Shown piece after piece: positions 30,788-41,615 of a DNA stretch of 64,000 nucleotides. The DNA is from an uncultured Gemmatimonadales bacterium (GTDB lineage Bacteria > Gemmatimonadota > Gemmatimonadetes > Gemmatimonadales > GWC2-71-9). The translations under genes and the position numbers were made by a program. Numbering within the stretch: position 1 is the stretch's first letter; every line of letters starts with the position of its first letter. The notes under the pieces were generated by a model. That model was not told the origin of the DNA and ran no database searches. It saw only the letters and a program-made list of their open reading frames with translations. The stretch lies in contig CAWGED010000005.1 of NCBI GenBank assembly GCA_963821525.1, positions 1,024,001-1,088,000 on the forward strand, given 5' to 3'.

Positions 30788-32488
30788 CCAAGGTCCCAAC
30801 CGACATCGAAATCGCCCAGGCAGCCAAGCTCCGTCCCATCGGCGACGTTGCGGCCGAGCTCGGCCTGGGGCCCGATGAGTTCCTGCCCTACGGCCGGCAC
30901 AAGGCGAAGATCACCGCCGAGGCCATCGCCAAGCGGAAACCGTCAGGGCGACTCGTCCTGGTGACGGGCATCAGTCCGACTCCGGCAGGGGAAGGCAAAT
31001 CCACCGTCACGGTGGGAGTCGCCCAGGCCATGCGCCGGCTCGGCAAGAAGGTCGTTGTCTGCATCCGCGAGCCCTCGCTGGGGCCCGTGTTCGGCGTCAA
31101 AGGCGGCGCGGCCGGTGGTGGGTATGCGCAGGTGGTCCCGATGGACGAGATCAACCTGCATTTCACCGGCGATTTTCACGCGATCACCTCGGCGCACAAC
31201 CTGCTTTCCGCGATGCTGGACAATCACCTGCATCAAGGGAACGCTCTCGGCCTCGATCTCCGCCGGATCACGTGGCCCCGCACGATCGATATGAATGACC
31301 GGGCGCTCCGCTCGATCGTCGTGGGACTGGGGGGTCTGAACGGCGGGCCCACAAGGGAAGACCGCTTCGTCATCGTGCCGGGCAGCGAGATCATGGCGAT
31401 TCTCTGCCTCGCCACCGATCTCCAGGACCTGGAGCGCAGACTCGCGAGCATCATCGTCGGCCTGACCCGGGATCGGAAACCGGTTACGAGCCGGCGACCT
31501 CAAGGCCTCGGGCGCGATGACTCTGCTGCTCAAGGACGCCATTCTCCCCAACCTGGTGCAGACCCTGGAGGGCGGTCCGGCGCTGGTTCACGGCGGTCCC
31601 TTCGGGAACATCGCGCACGGTTGCAATTCGCTCGCCGCTACCAAGCTCGGCCTTGCGCTTGGCGAGATCGTGCTGACCGAGGCCGGTTTCGGTGCGGATT
31701 TGGGCGCCGAGAAATTCTTCGACATCAAGTGCCGCTTCGGCGGGCTCAAGCCCGAGGCGGCGGTAGTCGTCGCAACGGTGCGGGCGCTCAAGATGCACGG
31801 CGGGGTCAAGAAGGAGAATTTGGGCAATCCGGATGTTGCGGCATTGGTTCGCGGTCTCGTGAACCTCGAGGCCCATGTGAAGAACGTGCAGAAATTCGGG
31901 GTGCCAGTCATCGTCGCGCTCAATCGCTTCCTCTCGGATACCGAGGAGGAGCAGAAAGCGGTGCTGGACGCCGCTCGGAGCTGGAATTCGCGAGTGGCGC
32001 TGAGTGACGTCTGGGCTCGTGGTGGGGAAGGGGGCGAGGACGTGGCGAAGGAGATTCTGCAGACTCTGGCCGAAGGCAAGGCCAACTTCAAGCCGATCTA
32101 CGACGCATCGCTGCCCATCAAGCAGAAGATTCAGACCATCGCCATGCAGGTCTACGGCGCTGAAGGGGTCACCTTCTCGGCGACCGCGGACAAGTCGATC
32201 CAGCAATGCGAGGACATGGGGCTGGGCCAGACGCCGGTCTGCATGGCCAAGACCCAGTATTCCTTCAGCGACGATCCCACGAAACTGGGCCGGCCGACCG
32301 GCTTCAAGATCAATGTTCGCGATGTATATCCTTCGGCCGGCGCGGGCTTCGTCGTTGCGCTGGCCGGGGAGATCATGACTATGCCGGGCCTCAGCAAGAC
32401 CCCGTCGGCCGAGGCGATTCGAGTGCACGAGGACGGGCGGATCGAGGGACTCTATCTCGACCGGGGTGGGTGTAGGTGTAGGCAGTAG
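30784..32488 (+). CDS. fhs: Formate--tetrahydrofolate ligase (frameshift near 31490; true end probably near 32460)
   Basis: [52 protein letters not shown]. Confidence 0.96.
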
Positions 32489-32532
32489 GGACCCCAACCA
32501 CTCTGCACCCCCCACTCCACTTCCAACGAATC

Positions 32533-32916
32533 ATGACTCCAATCGAAGCCATCGCCACCGACAACGCACCCAAAGCCATCGGGCCTTACAGCCAGGCCAC
32601 TGTCGCTAACGGGATGGTGTACACAGCGGGCCAGATTGCGTTCGACCCGACCACCATGGAGGTCGTCACCGGAGGAATCCGGGAGCAGACCGAGCGGGTG
32701 CTCGCGAATCTTCAGGCCGTGCTTAAGGCGGCGGGATCCGATTTTTCAAAAGTCGTGAAGACCACCGTCTTCCTGGTGGACATGGCCGACTTCACTGCGA
32801 TGAACGAGGTCTACGCTACCGCCTTCGGTTCCCACAAACCTGCCCGGTCGACCGTTGCGGTCGCTGCGCTGCCGCGAGGCGTGCGGGTGGAGATCGACGT
32901 GGTGGCGACGGTGTAG
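32533..32916 (+). CDS. ridA: RidA family enamine/imine deaminase
   Basis: APKAIGPYSQA, VVKTTVFL, KPARSTVAVAALP, VEID. Confidence 0.93.
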   Translation: MTPIEAIATDNAPKAIGPYSQATVANGMVYTAGQIAFDPTTMEVVTGGIREQTERVLANLQAVLKAAGSDFSKVVKTTVFLVDMADFTAMNEVYATAFGSHKPARSTVAVAALPRGVRVEIDVVATV

Positions 32917-32969
32917 GGATTTCTGCAATTATCTTCTTCGTCACTGAGCTCTCCCTGCAATCCAACCAT

Positions 32970-33067
32970 GGGGGTGGATCGGGCCTGGTGGCCTGGCCGG
33001 TCTTCAAAACCGCGACGGAGGCGCCTCCGGCGGCTCCGGTGGGTTCGATTCCCACACGCTCCCGCCA
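32970..33067 (+). tRNA. selC: tRNA-Sec (anticodon UCA)
   Basis: Anticodon loop CTTCAAA, 6-bp D-stem CGGGCC/GGCCTG with 4-nt loop, long variable arm, GTGGG-TTCGATT-CCCAC, ends GCCA. Confidence 0.92.
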
Positions 33068-33094
33068 CCCCGCCCGGGAAAGGACTCCCGCATC

Positions 33095-33992
33095 GTGAGC
33101 ACGCTGCTCCTCGTGAACCCCGCCGCCGGCGGTGGGCGGGCAGCGCGGCTCGCGAACGAAGTCGCCGCCGCGGCGCGCGAAGCGTGGGGCGAGGTGGTGT
33201 TATCGGAAACCCGGGCGCCGGGTCACGGTACCGAGCAGGTTCGTGACGCCGTGCGGCAAGGGGTGAGGAGAGTACTCGTCCTGGGCGGCGACGGCACGAT
33301 GCATGAAGCCGCCAACGGAATTCTCTCCTCGGCGGTGCCCGACTTGCCGCCAATTGGGGTGATTCCCGGGGGCACCGGGAATGACTACGCGAAGATCGCC
33401 GGCACCGTGGGGCTTCCGGCTGCCATCGCGGTTGATCGGCTGGCTCGGGGAAGGGTCCGCTACCTCGACGTGGGAATCGCGTGGGAGGAATACTTCCTGA
33501 ACGCGATCGGGATCGGGTTCGACGCGGAAGTCGCGCGCTACATGAACTCCAACCCGCACGCAGGCGGTCTAGCCGGGTATCTCCACGCGGTCGTGCGGGT
33601 GCTGGAGAGACTACCGGCCGTTCCGAGCCGAGGTCTTGGCCGACGACGGAAACAGCTTCACCGACGGACTCATGCTCCTCGAAGTCGGCATTGGCAATGT
33701 GGTGGGTGGTGGATTTCGTCTGACTCCTGATGCTCAACCCGACGACGGATTGTTCGATGTCTGCGCCATCCGTCAGGTGTCGATTCCCGGCTTGTTGCTC
33801 CGATTGCCTCTCACCATTCCCGGCTGGCATACCCGACTGCGCGTCGTGCGAAGCTTCCGGACAGCGACCCTTACCGTGATCGGCCTGGACGGCCCCCTCG
33901 TCGCTCAGCTGGACGGAGAGGTCCGCACCCGCGAGGGCCGCATGGAAATCCGTGTCGAGCCTGCGCGGCTGCCGGTGATGGTCGTCAGGTGA
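33095..33992 (+). CDS. Diacylglycerol/lipid kinase family (YegS-like); frameshift near 33610
   Basis: NPAAGGG, GGDGTMHE, GTGNDYA, GFDAEV, QLDGE. Confidence 0.9.
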
Positions 33993-35020
33993 CCCCGTTG
34001 CGTCATTTCTCCAGCGACAACAACGCCGGAGCCCTCCCGGAAGTACTCCGGGCCATCGCCGAGGCGAATAGCGGTCACGTGCCCTCGTACGGAGGCGACC
34101 CGTACACCGCCAAGGCCGAAGCCGCGCTTAAGAAGGAATTCGGCGAAGGAACCACGGCCTTTCTGGTCTGGAATGGCACAGCGGCTAACGTGCTCGGCCT
34201 CCAGGCGGTGACTCGTCCCTACCAGGCGGTCATCTGTGCCGCGGGCGCCCACATCGACGTGGACGAGTGCGGAGCGCCGGAACGATTCAGCGGCTGTAAG
34301 CTTCTCCCCGTACCGACCGCGGACGGCAAGCTTCGGCCAGATGACCTGCCCCCGCTTCTTCTCTCCCGCGGCGACGAACACCGGGCCCAGCCACGAGTCC
34401 TCTCTATCACTCAGGCCACTGAGCTCGGAACCGTGTACAGTCCGGCGGAGTTGCGGGCGCTGACCGCAGCCGCCCATGCCAACGACTTGTTGGTTCACGT
34501 GGACGGGGCTCGGCTGTGCAATGCGGCCGCCAGCCTGGGACTGTCATTTCGGGAAATCACCAGTGACCTGGGTGTGGATCTGGTGTCCTTCGGTGGGACC
34601 AAAGCCGGACTCCTCGGTGCCGAGGCCGTCCTGTTTCTGAATGGGCTGGAAATTCCCGAGTTCAAGTATCTTCGTAAGCAGGGGACCCACCTCGCGTCGA
34701 AGATGCGGTTCCTTGCGGTGCAGTTCGAGGTTCTACTCAAGGACCAGCTTTGGCGGCGCAGCGCCTCTCACGCGAACGCGATGGCGCGTCGCCTCGCCGA
34801 GAAACTCCAGGGACTGGAACGGGTCCGCATAACCCAACCGGTCGAGGCGAACGGTGTCTTCGCGGTGATCCCGCCGGAAACGGTGGGTCCGTTACAGGCC
34901 CGACGGCGGTTTCAACTCTGGAATCCGGTCACTTCCGAGGTGAGGTGGATGACTGCGTGGGATACTACCGAAGAGGACGTGGACGCATTCGCCGCGGATA
35001 TCAGGGAGATCGTGGGATGA
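33989..35020 (+). CDS. ltaE: Low-specificity L-threonine aldolase
   Basis: FSSDN, GTAAN, DECGAPE, HVDGARL, SFGGTK. Confidence 0.9.
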   Translation: MTPLRHFSSDNNAGALPEVLRAIAEANSGHVPSYGGDPYTAKAEAALKKEFGEGTTAFLVWNGTAANVLGLQAVTRPYQAVICAAGAHIDVDECGAPERFSGCKLLPVPTADGKLRPDDLPPLLLSRGDEHRAQPRVLSITQATELGTVYSPAELRALTAAAHANDLLVHVDGARLCNAAASLGLSFREITSDLGVDLVSFGGTKAGLLGAEAVLFLNGLEIPEFKYLRKQGTHLASKMRFLAVQFEVLLKDQLWRRSASHANAMARRLAEKLQGLERVRITQPVEANGVFAVIPPETVGPLQARRRFQLWNPVTSEVRWMTAWDTTEEDVDAFAADIREIVG

Positions 35021-35556
35021 GGCGAATCCTCGTCGTGCTGGTGGCTCTACTGAGTGTGAGCGGCCGGCTGGGGGCGCAGGACTCGATTCCGGCGCCACCC
35101 GATACCTCGGCCGTCACCCCGGCTGATTCGTTGGTTCCGGGAAGTCTGGCCGGGCTCACTCCGTTGCAACGAGACAGTGCCCGGAATGCCGCGCGGCCGG
35201 TGAGTCCCCTCGGCGCGCTGGGGCGCAGCATCCTCATACCCGGTTGGGGGCAGGCCAAGCTCAATCGCAAACTGACTGGCGCCATTTTCATCACGGTCGA
35301 GGCCATCAGCCTTGGGATGGCCCTCAAGGCCGAGAATGAGCGGGAGTACCTGCGACGAACCCAGTCGAGCAGAGCCGACGCCAAGGCGAACGAGGTGGAT
35401 GATTGGCTGGTGATTCTAGGCTTCAATCACCTCATGGCAGGCCTCGAGGCGTACGTGTCGGCACACCTCTGGGACTTTCCTCCTGACCTCAAGCTTCAAC
35501 CCATCCCTGGTGGCGGAGTCGCGGGCAGCGTGAGCCTGCCGGTGCGAATACCGTGA
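35017..35556 (+). CDS. Exported/membrane hypothetical protein (DUF5683-like)
   Basis: Signal peptide, SILIPGWGQ, EAYVSAHLWDF. Confidence 0.75.
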   Translation: MRRILVVLVALLSVSGRLGAQDSIPAPPDTSAVTPADSLVPGSLAGLTPLQRDSARNAARPVSPLGALGRSILIPGWGQAKLNRKLTGAIFITVEAISLGMALKAENEREYLRRTQSSRADAKANEVDDWLVILGFNHLMAGLEAYVSAHLWDFPPDLKLQPIPGGGVAGSVSLPVRIP

Positions 35557-36351
35557 ATTCGGCTCCGATCGGCATCTTCGACTCGGGGATCGGAGGCCTC
35601 ACGGTCACCCACTCGATCTTCGAGCGGCTGCCTCACGAATCCACGATCTATTTCGGGGACACCGCCCGGGTGCCTTACGGTCCCAAGAGCCCGGACACGG
35701 TGCGGCGCTATAGCCTCGAGATTCTCCACTGGCTCGTCGGGCAAGGCGTTAAGCTGGTGGTCGTGGCCTGCAACACCAGCACCGCTCACGCGCTTCAGGC
35801 CCTGCGATCCGAGTCGCCGGTTCCGGTCATCGGAGTGATCGAGCCGGGCGCCACCGCTGCCGTCGCGGCGACTCGCGTAGGCCCGATCGGTGTGATCGGT
35901 ACCGCAGGGACCATCGCGAGCAATGCCTACGCGAAGGCGATCCACGCACTCGAACCGGGCGCGCGAGTGGAGCAGGTCGCCTGCCCGCTGTTCGTGCCTC
36001 TGGTGGAGGAGGGATGGTTCGAGCATCCCGCCGCGCAGTTGATCGCGGAGGAGTACCTCGGGTCGTTACGCGAAGCTAAGGTGGAATGCTCTCGTTCTGG
36101 GTTGCACCCATTATCCGCTCCTCAAGCCACTGCTCGGAAAGGTGATGGGTCCCCAGGTCAAGCTGATCGACAGCGCCCAGGAAACGGCGCGGGTCGTCGC
36201 ATCGGCGCTCAAGGAAAAAGGTCTCGAAGCCGCCTCCGGCGCTCCGGTCACTCATCGCTTCGTCGTGAGCGATGACGAGGCCCGCTTTCGGGTGGTGGGC
36301 TCCCGGTTCCTGGGCGAGCGGTTGGGTAAAGCTGAAGTCGTGGCGATCTAG
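35553..36351 (+). CDS. murI: Glutamate racemase (frameshift near 36085)
   Basis: FDSGIGGLTV, PYGPK, ACNT, LGCTHYP in shifted frame. Confidence 0.95.
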
Positions 36352-36356
36352 GCCAC

Positions 36357-38190
36357 CTACGAACGGCGCAGCGTCTCCTCGAGTTCCCTCTCCAATTCGT
36401 CGGCATCCCCAACCTTGCTCTTGAGCCGGAGCAAGCCCAACCGGGCATTCTCCAGTGCACTCAGCAGTTCGAGACGACGGTCGCTGGTTACCCGCTGAGC
36501 CTGTTCGAGATCTCTGATCAGTGTTTCATGTTTTACTGCGACTCCGCCGCCCGAGGTTGAAGTAGGCCCCCTCACCTGATCCAGCGTGTCGGTCAACTCG
36601 AGATCGCGCTGTACCAAGCGCTCTAACTCCCGGTCTACCTGATCAAACAGAGTACGGAATCGAGCGGACCGGTGGCGTTGTTCGCGAGGAAGGTCCTCCA
36701 GCAGAGTGCGCGGGCCTGCCGACGGCGTCGACCCGGCTGCCGTGTTGCTCTAGCCCCAGGCTGCCCAGCCAGAAGAGGAACCGGCCTACCGGTCCCGTCC
36801 ACAGGCCGTGCATCCGCCGATCCATCCGGCCGCTCCTCGCAACACCGGCGATAGTGAAAACGAGGGTCCCCATCGCCACGGCGATGCCCAGCACCAGCGC
36901 AACCGTCCCAATCGGCGTGAAGATGTGGCCAGGTGGAGGCCGTTTCTGACTCAGCGCGAAGAGCAGGAGCAACACGGCGACCAGGCCGCTGAGCGCGAGC
37001 AGCACCGCTCGCATCCGCCTTCGCTGGTTATAGTCTGGCGCGGCGCGCAGTGCGGCGGTGGCAGCCAGCCTCTCGTGGTCCATGTCCCCCAGGCCCGCGA
37101 CCAGGTCTCCAAAGTCGAGCTCCTGCCGGGCGAGATCCCGCATGCCGAGAGGTATCTGGATCCAGAGCGAGATCACCAGAACCAGAAACATCGTGCCGGA
37201 AACCAGTTGCTCGAGCTCGCTGTGGAACCGTCCTACTACCTGAGAACTGAGCAGTGTCAGGATGAGGCCGACCCGGAAGAATTGATCGCTCCTGGTGACC
37301 CACAGCCGAATCGAGGTGGGAACTTCCTTTCGGCCGGCCCGGATTCCTTCGAGTGCATCCACCAGCTCCTCGCCGCGGGAAAACCGGTCCTGCGGCTCCT
37401 TGGCGAGACAGCGATCGATCGTGTCACCAAGTGGAGCAGGGAGGTCGGGTCGCAGCTCGAGGATCGGTGGCGCCGGCCGGCTCATGTGCATGGCGAGAAT
37501 GGCCTGTGCGCTCTCCCCATCGAATGGAGCCCGTCCGGTCACCGCAAAGAACGACGCCACTCCCAGCGAGTAGAGGTCACTCCGGCCGTCGAGCTGGTCC
37601 CCGGCCGCCTGCTCCGGGCTCATGAAGTGTGGGGTACCGACGACTTCTCCCACTTGAGTCAATCCGGAGGCCGCAAACGAGCGCGCGATTCCGAAATCGG
37701 TAACCATCGCCCGTCCGGTCGCCCGTTCCAGCAGGATGTTGTCCGGCTTCACGTCCCGGTGCACCACGCCGCGGCCATGGGCGTACGACAAGGCCCAAGC
37801 CACCTCCTGTATCAACCGTGCGGCCGCGGTCGCGGTGAGCGGGCCGTGACGGCGAACGACCTGGGTCAAGGTCTCCCCATCCACGAATCCCATCACGAAG
37901 AAGAGGAGCGTGGGCGTCTCCTCGACGGCGTGCACCGGCACGATGTTGGGATGAGAAAAGGAGGCCGCGGTCCGGGTTTCCCGCAGAAACCGCTCGCGCA
38001 GTTCGGGTCTGACCGCGAGCTCGGGCAGCAAGACCTTGATCGCGACCAGCCGGTCGAGCCGGATGTCGCGCGCCAGATAGACTGTCGCCATGCCTCCCCG
38101 ACCCAGCTCTCGCTCGACGGAATACCGACCGGCCAGGGCCGCTTGAACCTCGAGCAGGATCGGATCGGTTGGGGCGAGGGTTTGAGGCAT
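36357..38190 (-). CDS. Hanks-type Ser/Thr kinase with TM helices and coiled-coil tail (frameshifted near 36640-36750)
   Basis: LGRGGMATVY, VAIK, HRDVKPDNIL, DFG, GTPHFMSPEQ. Confidence 0.9.
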
Positions 38191-38192
38191 GA

Positions 38193-38923
38193 TCAGGCGG
38201 TGAACCGGATCAGTTCGGTACGCTCGTCGCCGAGGACAGCGTAGCGGTATCCATCAAACCATGCTCCCGGATTGAGATAGTGACGCCCCGGGAGAGGCTC
38301 TGAAAGCATCGCCTTGTGAGTGTGGCCGAGGACGATCGCCCCAATACTCGAATCGCTTTCGAGGCGTGCCTCCGCCCAGCGCTGCTGCTGGCGGGCCGCG
38401 TCGGCCTGGCCGCCGGGTCCGGCTCTGAATTGCCGAGGCTGGCGCTCAGGTGATCCACGAGCCAGTGCCCTACGTCCGGATGCAGGGACCTGAATCCAGC
38501 GATGGCCAGGGGATGCCGGGTCACGCGGTGCAGCCATCGCGCGGAGGGGCGAGTCTCTGTTACGCCATCCCCGTGCAGCGCGAGAACGACGCGCCTACCT
38601 ATTCCCAAGCGGACCTCGGAGGGGCTGAACTCAATGCCGAGTTCCTTCTGCCAGAATGTCCCCCCCCACCGGTCATGGTTCCCGCCGGTCATCACCACCG
38701 GGATACGACGACGCAACTCGGCCAGACCGGCCGCCACGCGGAAGCCGGCGCGGGGTACTACCCGTTTATAGGTGAACCAGAACTCGAAAAGGTCTCCATT
38801 GATAAGGAGGCAATCGCCCAGACTCGGCGCTGCCGCCAGGAATGCCAGGAAGGCCTCCTCGGTTTCGGAGGTGCCGCGGCCCAGATGGGCATCGCTGACG
38901 ACCAGCAGGCGTTGGCCCAGCAC
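38193..38923 (-). CDS. lpxH: UDP-2,3-diacylglucosamine diphosphatase (frameshift near 38410)
   Basis: SDAHLG, GDLFEFW, GNHD, HGD, GHTH, NPGAW. Confidence 0.82.
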
Positions 38924-39063
38924 GGCGCCGAAGATGGCCGCTTCGGTAGCAGCCCGCAAGCGATTGCCCGGTTTGACTTTCCTCACAATGCCGGGCACCT
39001 TCTTTTCTCCGGCCGCCCTACGCCTCTTGTTGTGCCCTCCGCCACCTTTTCGAGCGTCTACCA

Positions 39064-39484
39064 GTGAGTCCTGCCGACAGGGAATCGGTCATCACGGTCC
39101 GGGTCAACTACTCGGAAACCGACCAAATGGGTGTGGTGTACCACGCCCGCTACGTCGTCTGGCTGGACATGGCCCGGACCGAGCATTTGCGGGAGGCGGG
39201 CTTCAGCTACAAGGAACTGGAGGACCAGGGTAGTCAGGCTCGTTGTCACCGACCTGAGAATCCGCTACGCGGGACCGGCCCGGTACGACGATCTGGTCAG
39301 GATTCGTTGCCGGGTGCGTGAAGTAGCGAGCCGGAAGGTGGTGTTCGACTACGTCATCGAGCACGCCGAGAACGGTGTTCCGATGGCCACCGCCGAAACG
39401 GCGCTGGTTTGCCTCGATCGCGACCACCGACTCTCGCGCCTTCCGGCCAATGTGGTCGCGGCGCTTCAACCAACGGGGGAGTGA
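39064..39484 (+). CDS. Acyl-CoA thioesterase, YbgC/4HBT family (frameshift near 39230)
   Basis: VNYSETDQMGVVYHARY, PARYDD. Confidence 0.9.
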
Positions 39485-41615
39485 TGGGATTGAAGGATTG
39501 GTGGATTGAGGGATTGAGGGATGGCAGGATTGAGGGATTGAGGGATTGGAGGATTGAGGGATTGAAGGAGTGGAAGGGTCGTGGGGATAGACTCTGGGTC
39601 ATCCTCCTCGTTCAATCCCTCAATCCCTCGATCCCCCAATCCCTCCACGCCCAAACCGATCTGTTGGTCGAGGCGATCGCGCCGATCATTGCCGCCGAGG
39701 ATGCGCGAAGCTTCGATGAGTCGCTTCTCCGGCGCTCAACCCTTTCGCCCGACTCACTGGTTCGGCGCATCGCTGCTCTCTCCGCCGGCCGGCTGGGTGA
39801 TCTCCGGGCGATTCCCCTGCTGCTCCCCCTCCTGGTGGATCCGGATACCATCGTTGAATCCAACGCGGCGTTCGCTCTCGGCCTGCTCGCCGACTCTTCC
39901 GTTTCCGATGACCTGATCAAGCGGTTGGAGGATCCCGAGCTCGTGCCTCCTGCTGCGGCGCTCGAGATGGTGACCGCCTTGGCCAAAACCGGTGGGGCCG
40001 AGGCTGGGCGCTGGTTTCGTTCCCTCCTGGCCGGTTCCTCGCTGACGAGCTCGGGAAGATCGCAACGATCTTGTCCGGCGCGCCGTCACCGAGGCATGGC
40101 GCCTCGGGAAGAACGCTCCGGTTGACGGCCTGCTCGGCATGGTGGGAACCGATGACGATGACCTGCGATGGAACATCTACTATTCGCTGGGCCGCCTCCG
40201 TGCTCCTGCCGCCGCCTCCCGGATGCTCGACGCCCTGGGCGATCGCTATCCCCTCACTCGCGCAGCTGCGGCCCGAACGCTGACCAAGGCCTACGCCGAC
40301 TCCTCCCGCCTGGACGGTGAAAGCGTCGCCCGGCTGTTGCTTCGTGCAACCGGCGACGTGGACCCCGGAGTCAGGGTTCAGGCCCTGCGTTCCCTGGCAA
40401 CCTTCAAACGGGGAGACCTTGGCGCCCGGGCGACCGTGTTGCTGGATGACGCAGTCCCAGGGGTTGCCGTTGAGGCAGCCACGGTAATGCGGGACATGCC
40501 TGATCCCAAAGTGGCAACCGAGCTGGTCCGAGTCGTCTCCTCCTCCAAAGGGACCTTCGCCCGACGCCGCGCCGCGCTGGTCAGCCTGGCAGCCGTGGAC
40601 TCGGCCGCATTTCTCAAGTTCGAGAGTTCGTGGACCAACAGCTCGGACTGGCGGCAACGCTCCGCCGCCGCCGAGGCTTGGGCGAAGGTGAGGCACGGGG
40701 GCCGTCGCGAATTCCTGCAGGATGCCGATGGGCGCGTGGTCGCCGCTGCCCTCGATGCCTGGGGGACTACAGCAGAGGAGCACGACAGTGCGTTCGTGGA
40801 GACCTGCCGGGGTCTGCTCAATCATCGCGACGCCGCGGTCCGGAGCCTGGCCGCCGACGGCTTGGCGAAGGACCCGGCCGAGTCGGACATCACTGCTCTC
40901 ACCAAAGCGTTCCGCTCGGCCTCGCGAGATTCCTTTCCCGAGGCCCGTCTCTCCGATCTCGCGGCGCTGAAGGCGATTGCCAAGCTGTCAGATACGGCGG
41001 CCCATCGGGTTGATCAGGAGTTTTTGAACGCGAGCACCCCGCCCGACGATTACCTGGTGCGGCGATGGGCGGAGGAAAACTGGCCTGAGGCAGCGGCCAA
41101 ATGGGGAAGTCCTTACCCGGTGCGGACCGGCCGGACGATGGAGGACTACCGTGAGGTCACCCGGACGTATCTGGTTGGCCAAAGCCCGAACGCGGTATCC
41201 GCACGTCAAGGTTGATGTAGATCAGCTGGGGGTGATTGAGCTCGAGTTGTTCGGGCCGGAAGCGCCGCTCACGGTGAATAGCTTCTTGAAATTGGTCGAT
41301 CGCGGATACTTCAATGGCCAAAGGTTCCACCGCATGGTGCCCAACTTCGTGGTTCAAACCGGTGATCCGCGGGGCGACGGATGGGGCGGTCCGGGCGGAG
41401 CCATACGGGACGAGATCAACCCGCGCCGTTATAAGACCAGCACCGTCGGCATGGCACTCTCCGGGCCCGACACCGGTGGCAGCCAGTGGTTCATCACCTT
41501 GGGGCCGCAGCCGCATCTCGATGGCATTTACACCGTTTTCGGCCAGGTCGTGGATGGCTATCCAGTGCTCAACCGGATCACCCAAGGCGATCTGATTCGT
41601 TCAATCAAGAAATGA
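39484..41615 (+). CDS. Exported HEAT-repeat protein with C-terminal cyclophilin PPIase (frameshifts near 40060 and 41190)
   Basis: Repeats VRRIAALSAGRLG, VRVQALRSLA, VRSLAADGLA; FHRMVPNFVVQTGDPRGDGWGGPG, DTGGSQWFI, HLDGIYTVFG. Confidence 0.88.
39486..39643. repeat. Inverted octamer array (GGGATTGA)x11...(TCAATCCC)x4
   Basis: Units counted directly: left arm 39486-39573, right arm 39612-39643. Confidence 0.95.

Noticed and set aside
32463..32524. G-rich/C-rich inverted tract after fhs
   Set aside because: Period about 6 nt and very degenerate; counted only as a weak member of the array family and not listed as a feature
39486..39643. CRISPR array interpretation of the repeat tracts
   Set aside because: Units are 7-8 nt, contiguous, without unique spacers, and no cas genes are present
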